A stretch of 63,632 nt of DNA, filler included, from Aduncisulcus paluster (taxonomy: Eukaryota), in assembly GCA_024181965.1 (NCBI GenBank). It is 23 parts of 23 records of this genome, joined end to end, with 100 filler letters (N's around TTAATTAATTAA, not from the genome) between each part and the next. Parts side by side here need not be neighbours in the genome. Positions count along the whole stretch, not along the records: positions 56,535 to 57,657 come from BQXS01010344.1; positions 57,758 to 60,836 come from BQXS01010345.1; positions 60,937 to 62,323 come from BQXS01010348.1; positions 62,424 to 63,632 come from BQXS01010349.1; 19 more parts are not named here. The stretch is one strand, 5' to 3'. The position numbers were made by a program, and so were the translations under genes. Of this stretch, positions 56,901 through 63,632 are shown piece after piece; the first letter of the stretch is position 1; every line of letters begins with the position of its first letter. The notes under the pieces were generated by a model. That model ran no database searches. It had not been told where the DNA came from and was given only the letters and a program-made list of their open reading frames with translations.

Positions 56901-57657
56901 ATGGTTGGAAAACTTACTGATATAAAAATTCGAAATACAAAACATAAAGATAAAGATTTTGTACTAACAGATGGTGCAGGACTTCAAATAAATATTAGAG
57001 CTAATAAAACTAAAAGATGGGAATTGATTTATAAAAGTCCTACCACGAGTAAAAGGCGAAAATTTCCATTAGGGTTATTTCCTACAATAGGATTAAAAGA
57101 TGTTAGAAATTTAAGAGATAATTATATCAATCTAATTAAGCAGGGAATTGACCCAATAGATAAAAAAAGAGAAGATGAAGCAAAAGCAAAACTAAATGAT
57201 AATAGTGATTTTATCTTAATAGCTAATGAGTGGTTATCTTATGAAGAAAAAAGAACAACACCACAAACACATAAAAGAAAAAAGGCTATTTTAGTAAATG
57301 ATAGTTATCCTTTTTTTAAGAATAAATCTATCAATGATATAAATCATCAAGATATTATTAAAGTATTAGAGATGAGATTAAATAAAACTATTTATAAATC
57401 ATCTATAAAAGCAAAACAGAACAATGGAATAGAAACAGCCAATAAACTATTTAATTACCTTGATACCATCTTTAAATTTGCTATAACTAAGGGATTATGT
57501 AAATACAATCCTTTTAACGATATTATCAAAGACTTAGTAATACCAAAAGCCAAAACTGTACATAATCCAAAACTAACAGAAACAACAGATATAAAAAAAC
57601 TTGTAAATGATGTATATAATTATCAAGGTCATTATTCAACTATAAACGCTTTAAAAT
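56901..57657 (+). mobile_element. P4-like tyrosine integrase with N-terminal arm-binding domain (3' partial); edge of a genomic island or prophage
   Basis: KLTDIKIRN...LTDGAGLQI...K.W...Y...LGLFPTIGLKDVR...GIDP, and IFKFAITKGLCKYNP. Confidence 0.9.
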
Positions 57658-57757
57658 NNNNNNNNNNNNNNNNNNNNNNNNNNNNNNNNNNNNNNNNNNN
57701 NTTAATTAATTAANNNNNNNNNNNNNNNNNNNNNNNNNNNNNNNNNNNNNNNNNNNN

Positions 57758-58016
57758 GTTCTTTATTAAAACTTCGTCCACCATAAAGAGGGGAATACTC
57801 TTCATCAAAACCAAAAAAACTCTCTATCTGCGAAAAATCAATATAAGGAAAATATTTTTCTATATAAGAGTGAATAGAGTTATCTTTTGTAATTGTACGA
57901 GAAGATATAGTAAACCTTATATTTCTATTTTTGAAATACTTTATATCTTCAATATCATTAAGTAAATTATTACTTAATGGGATACTACTAAAACTCATAT
58001 TAGTATCTATTTGCAT
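57758..58016 (-). CDS. Hypothetical protein with FGF...SPLYGGR motif (3' partial)
   Basis: Start overlaps the upstream stop. FTISSR and IESFFGFDEEYSPLYGGR look like conserved motifs. Confidence 0.65.
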
Positions 58017-59153
58017 AAACTTTCCTCTGAAAAATCAAAAATATGTCGTGTTAAGACACTACTTACATTTAAAAGTTCTGGCATAGAAGAATCAGGTATA
58101 ACAGCTATATCATATACCTGATCAACATCACCTACAAATTTCATATATGCTATGATAGAATTATCTTTTAAATTAATAACCCATACTCCAGCATAGGTCT
58201 CATCGTACATTTTACTTATAGGTGATGGGTTTTTTATCTCACTTGCACGTACTTGGCTAGTACCTACAAACATAACTCCACCATAAAAGTAAAGCCCTCT
58301 AGTAAAACCTTGTAGTTTTATCACTTCTGTTTTCTCTTTTGTTTTTGGGTTGTATTTCCACACAACCCCTAGTCCAGATTCACATACATATATCTCATCT
58401 TTATATACTTTTGGAGAGTGTGGCATGATCATCCCCTCTATTAGTATCTCATTTGTATCTATATCTATGAGTGTTCCATAATCAATTCTGCCTTGACTCC
58501 ATGAATCTTTTGAATCTTCCATATTAAATGTTGTTACATATTTTGGTTTTCCATTGAGCATAGCCATACCATTGAGATGGCATCTATCTTCTGGTACAAG
58601 TTCACTAATAAATTCAGGTTTCCATCTTGCTACAAATGAGTTATCTGGACTTAGTGTACTTAGACATGAAAAAGTAGAGTTAACAACCCAAAGCCCCTCA
58701 TCTCCCCAAGCTATATCATGGATATTTATCATCCCTGTGGTTATTGATGCTCGATGAAGATATAAGGAGTCTGCTTTTTTTACAGCTTCTATCTCTTCAT
58801 CTCTTTGTTTTTTAAGCTCTTCCATTTGCTCTTTATTTTTTTCAAGAACTTTTTTAGAAAGATTACCAGTACTATCAAGTGAACCTTTTTGGATACTTTC
58901 AAGTATATCATCTGCTCTTTTGAACTCTAAAACTTGATTGAATGTACCTAAAGTANNNNNNNNNNNNNNNNNNNNTTAGACTTGTATCTATATTCTCTCC
59001 ATCACTTCTTATCAAAATCAATCTTCTACTTTGATAGCTTGTAACAGCTAATGAAATATTTAAAGCTTTTAAAATACCTGCAAAATTATCTGTTGATGTA
59101 CTTGAAAAATCAAATGCAGTTTCATTTGACTCTTCTTTGGTTTTAGTTTCCAT
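58007..59153 (-). CDS. TIGR03032 (DUF4915) family protein, interrupted by a 20-N gap
   Basis: ISLAVTSYQS.RLI, TLGTFNQV, ITTGMINIHDIAW, VNSTFSCL, WKP.FISELVPEDRCHLNG, MPHSP and GFTRGL. Confidence 0.88.
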
Positions 59154-60330
59154 GTATCTCCTTTTTCATAGTTTGTATTATCTCCTGAATTGGTTTATTT
59201 TTATTTTGTGCTATTTTTAGGGCTAATAGTCCACTTATAATTGGGGCTGTAGCAGATGTACCACCAAATTGTCGATAAGTTCCATTTTCTTTTGTAGTGA
59301 TTACTCCGCTTTGTATTTTAAAATCCACCATGTCCCCATAGTTACTATACTTTTGTGTAGCACCCACTGTTATCACTTCAGGTATTGAAGCTTCTATAGA
59401 GTAAGGTTCTATCTCTTTTGCACTATTTCCTGCAGCAAATACCACTGCTGTATTTTTGGTAATATTCTTTATCACATCATACACAGGCTCTAACAGTAGT
59501 GGAGAGTTCCAACTACAGTTGATTATATCTGCTCCTGCTTTGTGAGCTACCGTAAAAGCTAATATAGTATCTGAAGTGGTATTTGTAGTTTGTCTTATAG
59601 CTATTAAGTTAGCTCTTGGTGCTATTCCATCTATCCCTATATTGTTATGTTGTGCGAATATTATTCCTACTACTTGCGTTCCATGAGTGTCAACTTTTAG
59701 CTTAGAAGACGAATCAAGGTTTTTATTGTCAGCATCATAAGAAAATAATAGATTTACACCATTTAAGTCTTCATGTTCTAAATTAAATCCATCATCTATG
59801 ATAGCAATATTTACACCTTCACCTTTTGTGGTTTTCCAAATACTATCTAAGTTATATTTTTTTGTTATGTTTTGAGTNNNNNNNNNNNNNNNNNNNNNNN
59901 NNNNNNNNNNNNNNNNNNNNNNNNNNNNNNNNNNNNNNNNNNNNNNNNNNNNNNNNNNNNNNNNNNNNNNNNNNNNNNNNNNNNNNNNNNNNNNNNNNNN
60001 NNNNNNNNNNNNNNGTTTAAAATTTATATCTTTTGTTTGAGATATATTTGGTTGTGCATAGATGATATATTCTTTGTTTGCTAACTCTTGTGAGTAGTTT
60101 AAAGAGTCATTTGAATCTACCAAGTAAAGATTTGAATCATCTAAAAATGCTATCTGTCTTAAAGGTTTTTTCAATCTATTTATTAGTTGTTTTTTAGATA
60201 GTGTTGATTTAACTATCACACTATCTAATATAATAAAATCACTGCACACTTTATTATTAAAATTTGAGATACAGATATCTTTTGACAAGAGAGATGACAT
60301 AAAAATTAACACTCCTAAAACTATTTTCAT
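59143..60330 (-). CDS. Secreted S8 (subtilisin-like) serine peptidase
   Basis: Signal peptide, D/H/S triad motifs (IAIIDDG, THGTQV, GTSATAP) and oxyanion FAAGN. N gap at 59878-60014. Confidence 0.92.
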   Translation of the reverse strand: MKIVLGVLIFMSSLLSKDICISNFNNKVCSDFIILDSVIVKSTLSKKQLINRLKKPLRQIAFLDDSNLYLVDSNDSLNYSQELANKEYIIYAQPNISQTKDINFKXXXXXXXXXXXXXXXXXXXXXXXXXXXXXXXXXXXXXXXXXXXXXXTQNITKKYNLDSIWKTTKGEGVNIAIIDDGFNLEHEDLNGVNLLFSYDADNKNLDSSSKLKVDTHGTQVVGIIFAQHNNIGIDGIAPRANLIAIRQTTNTTSDTILAFTVAHKAGADIINCSWNSPLLLEPVYDVIKNITKNTAVVFAAGNSAKEIEPYSIEASIPEVITVGATQKYSNYGDMVDFKIQSGVITTKENGTYRQFGGTSATAPIISGLLALKIAQNKNKPIQEIIQTMKKEIHGN

Positions 60331-60836
60331 TTATACCTCTTGTTTATATAATCTAATATAGTATTTACATTTTCTTTTAAAGTGTCATTTTTTAAACCTA
60401 TCTCAGGAGTCATCGGTTTTTCATAAACAGAATCTATCCCTGTAAAATCTTTTAACTCCCCTTCTCTTGCTTTTTTATACAAACCTTTAGGGTCTCTTTT
60501 TTCACAAACTTCAAGGGGCGTATCTACAAACACTTCTATAAATTCATCATCATTTACTAAACTTCTAGCATATTCTCTATCTTTTTGAAATGGACTTATA
60601 AAAGCAGTGATAACTATAAGTCCTGCATCTAAAAGAATTTGGGAAAGGTGGGCTACTCTTCTGATATTTTCTTCTCTATCTTCTTGGGAAAACCCCAAGT
60701 CACTATTTAATCCAGTTCTTAGATTATCACCATCTAAAAGATATGTTTTATACCCTTGATTGTGCAATTCTACTTCAAGAGCATTTGCAAGGGTAGATTT
60801 ACCACTAGCACTTAGTCCTGTAAACCATACTATATA
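60327..60836 (-). CDS. cysC: Adenylyl-sulfate (APS) kinase (5' partial)
   Basis: [38 protein letters not shown] and FTGIDSVYE. Confidence 0.96.
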   Translation of the reverse strand, partial: YIVWFTGLSASGKSTLANALEVELHNQGYKTYLLDGDNLRTGLNSDLGFSQEDREENIRRVAHLSQILLDAGLIVITAFISPFQKDREYARSLVNDDEFIEVFVDTPLEVCEKRDPKGLYKKAREGELKDFTGIDSVYEKPMTPEIGLKNDTLKENVNTILDYINKRYK

Positions 60837-60936
60837 NNNNNNNNNNNNNNNNNNNNNNNNNNNNNNNNNNNNNNNNNNNNTTAATTAATTAANNNNNNNN
60901 NNNNNNNNNNNNNNNNNNNNNNNNNNNNNNNNNNNN

Positions 60937-62323
60937 ATCCAACGGTCTATGACGGCAAGATTCCTGTTCGTGCAGTAAATACGCCTCAGTCTCAGGAAAT
61001 AGACGAGGATTCCAAGGTAGACAACCTGTTAAGGGTATTTGAGCATGTTCTTGACGACTCTAAGAAGACACCCATACGCGTTGAATTTCAACTTGAATTC
61101 AATGACCAGGTCGACTTGTATGGGTACTCTGCCGCCCTATCTCTGAGAATTGGTGAAGACAGACTTTATATCGTAAAGGACATAAAGAATTTTCTAAAAT
61201 GTGTGGCGGAAGAAGAGACAGAGTTTTTCTCAAAAAACTTCGAATTTAACGGGAAGATTCACACCTTTGACAGTGCAAGCCTGCAGGCCATAAATATGCT
61301 TGTAGATATATATGAAGACGAAGCCATTCGTGAAAACAGCAGATTTATTAACGATAAAACATCCCATGTCTTTGACAGAAAGCATATACTCCTGTCATCG
61401 AATCGATTTTTAAAGCTTATAAAGCTCGTTAATCACAATAATCTCTACATTACAGATGGAACGAATGTATACTCGGCAAAAATTGTTGAAGATTCTCCAA
61501 GCTTTGATTTCCATATCGATGACTTTGAAGAACAAATTTGTCTGAGACTTTATGATGACTACAAAATCAGACCAGCTGATAAAGCTTTTAAAATACTTTT
61601 TAACGGGCTGGACACTCTTTATTTGACCAAGAGACAAGACCGCAGTGCCCTAATGAAAGTGCATGAACTCTTTCATTTAAGCAGTGAAATTCTCTTGCCT
61701 ATGAACCGTATTGAAGATTTGGCAAATACGGTGTTTCCCGTTCTCAAAAAGGTAGGCAAACTTCATTTGTCGGAGCTTTTATCTGACAGAATGGTGGAGA
61801 GAAACTTAGAAAAAAGACTATTCGTTGATTATGGCAAAGAGGGGATCTCCATACGTGTTCAATTCGCTTATGGGGATGTTCATTTCGATCCGGCAGAGGA
61901 ACGAAGTGATGTTAAACGAAGCAAACTGGAAAAAAGCGATGACATTATAGTAAGGGACACGGCCGAAGAAAAAAAATTCCTGTCACAGTTCAGCAGCAGA
62001 GTTTTTAAAACGACGGAAAAGGGTTACCTTGTATCGGGGGATCATAACGAATATCTATTTTTAAGTGACTATGCTCCAGTCCTTATGGAAACCGCTGTGG
62101 TGTATGCAACAGACGCCTATAGAAAAAAACGGGTCATCAGTGATGCGAAAATTCATCAGAGTGTTCGATTAAGCAGCGGAGAGGACTACCTGGAATATAA
62201 TTTTGCCATCGATGGACTGGGAGAAAAAGAACTTAAGGATGTCTTGAAAGCATATAGACAGAAAAAAAACTACTATAAGCTAAAAGAAGGTGGATTTATA
62301 TCCCTTAAGAACGACAGCTTTGA
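60937..62323 (+). CDS. Bacterial SNF2-helicase-associated N-terminal region (partial at both ends)
   Basis: LSLRIGEDRLYIVKDIKNFL, IIVRD..EE and DVLKAYRQKKNYYKLKEGGFISL, typical of Bacillota SWIM-SNF2 proteins. Confidence 0.75.
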
Positions 62324-62423
62324 NNNNNNNNNNNNNNNNNNNNNNNNNNNNNNNNNNNNNNNNNNNNTTAATTAATTAANNNNNNNNNNNNNNNNNNNNN
62401 NNNNNNNNNNNNNNNNNNNNNNN

Positions 62424-63009
62424 GTCAGAAAAAAAGCAACGAAAAAAAGAACAAATCATACAATGTTCACTAGAACTTTTTTCAAAAAAAGGTTTTTATA
62501 ACACTACTATTCCAGATATTGCAAATGCTTTAAAAATGAGTGTTGGGAATATGTATAATTATTTTAAATCAAAAGATATTTTAGCAAAAGAGATTATACG
62601 ATTTATATCTATTTACTTAGGGAAAAAGCTAAAAACAATCAATGAACAAAATCTAAATACAGAAGAAAAAACAAGAAAAATAGTTGAGATGTACTTTACT
62701 ATTGCAATAGCACATCCTGAAATGATCGATTATTTTCTAAGAATTTATTTGTCAAATAGAGAAATATTTACAGATGGTTGTGAGGGGATGATTTGTGTAA
62801 ATGAGTTTGTAACTGAAATTATGATCTATTTTGAAGAGGGTGTAAGTGCTGGAGACTTAAGAGATCAAGATTTTTTTAGTGCTTTTGGACTTTTTATGGG
62901 ATATCTTGGTGGAATGGTTTTTTTAAAAGGTGAAAATATATTACCTAAAAATCTAGATGAATATATAGATGATATTTCGTTCAACATATATAAAGCATTG
63001 AGTGTATAA
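62424..63009 (+). CDS. TetR-family transcriptional regulator (start codon clipped)
   Basis: SEKKQRKKEQIIQCSLELFSKKGFYNTTIPDIA..L.MSVGNMYNYFKSK HTH. Confidence 0.92.
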
Positions 63010-63014
63010 AAATA

Positions 63015-63632
63015 ATGAAACAAAAAGTGAAAGTGTTGTGGATTACAGGTTTAGCTTGTAATGGAAATACACACTCCTTTTTAAACTACCCATATTTACA
63101 ACAATTTTTAGATGATTTTGAATTTATCTATCATCCTATTATAGATTCACAGTATTCATTAGAACAGATTGTAAATGAAACTATCTCTTGTGATGTGTTA
63201 CTTATAGAAGGCTCTCTTTCTCCTGAAATTTTAAAGGCAGATAAAAAACTTGATGATATTATTTTTAATTATGCAAAGGTTGTTTCAAAGATAATCACTG
63301 TAGGTACATGTTCAACTTTTGGTGGAATATTTAGGCAAAGTGAATACGAACATGTTACTGGTTTACATTTTGATGAGAAAGAGGAAGTAAAAAGATTCCA
63401 TACATTAAAAAATAAATCGATTAGTATCTCTGGCTGTCCTATTCACCCAGAACTATTAGTAAATACTTTATATTCAATCAAAAATGAGATAAGTCTAAAA
63501 CTCGATGAGTATTTAAGACCAAAAGAGTATTTTGCATATACCATACACAATGGTTGTACAAGAAATGAATATTTCGAATATAAAGTAGATAATCATAAGT
63601 TTGGGAAAAAAGAAGGATGTATGTTTTACGAC
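63015..63632 (+). CDS. Cytoplasmic (group 2-type) [NiFe]-hydrogenase small subunit (3' partial)
   Basis: VLWITGLACNGNTHSFLN, LIEGS, VGTCSTFGGI, SGCPIHP, HNGCTRNEYF and GC. No Tat signal. Not in the ORF track. Confidence 0.9.
   Translation, partial: MKQKVKVLWITGLACNGNTHSFLNYPYLQQFLDDFEFIYHPIIDSQYSLEQIVNETISCDVLLIEGSLSPEILKADKKLDDIIFNYAKVVSKIITVGTCSTFGGIFRQSEYEHVTGLHFDEKEEVKRFHTLKNKSISISGCPIHPELLVNTLYSIKNEISLKLDEYLRPKEYFAYTIHNGCTRNEYFEYKVDNHKFGKKEGCMFYD

Noticed and set aside
29489-62423. Regularly recurring TTAATTAATTAA as a CRISPR-like or biological repeat
   Set aside because: Always centred in N44 padding and encodes six-frame stops, so it is a synthetic linker.
47408-63632. Massive bacterial-to-eukaryote HGT island
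   Set aside because: Bacterial genes sit on separate contigs with bacterial promoters, RBSs and operons. None is contiguous with eukaryotic sequence.

Overview
This window is not one locus. It is 23 contigs joined by 22 artificial 100-nt spacers (N44-TTAATTAATTAA-N44). 1-29488 is a gene-dense, intron-poor eukaryotic scaffold. It encodes an ankyrin-DHHC palmitoyltransferase, Spt6, a vWA/alpha-kinase-like protein, PAAF1/Rpn14, an MFS transporter, an Arf-like GTPase, a DHCR7-type sterol reductase, RBM22/Slt11, Rpb11 and a metallophosphoesterase. 29589-47307 is mostly small eukaryotic contigs (IFT121, RPB1 C-terminus, Ty3/gypsy RT and integrase, a tandem-domain protein) plus one bacterial RTX fragment. 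47408-63632 is bacterial, mostly AT-rich and Campylobacterota-like (ribBA, tRNAs, argH, cydA, feoB, pyrC, rimM, integrase, cysC operon, TetR plus NiFe hydrogenase), with one SNF2 fragment that looks like another bacterium. By inference the host is a flagellated anaerobic protist, probably a free-living metamonad/fornicate, sequenced with its bacteria. Best leads: a tightly coupled cysC-subtilase-TIGR03032-unknown operon; an integrase directly after a 6S-RNA-like structure; a U3-like ncRNA candidate; a probable pseudo-alpha-kinase; WG motifs in Spt6; a heptad-less RPB1 tail; and a possible protist-bacterium H2-transfer partnership. All family calls come from motif recognition by eye, not database searches.
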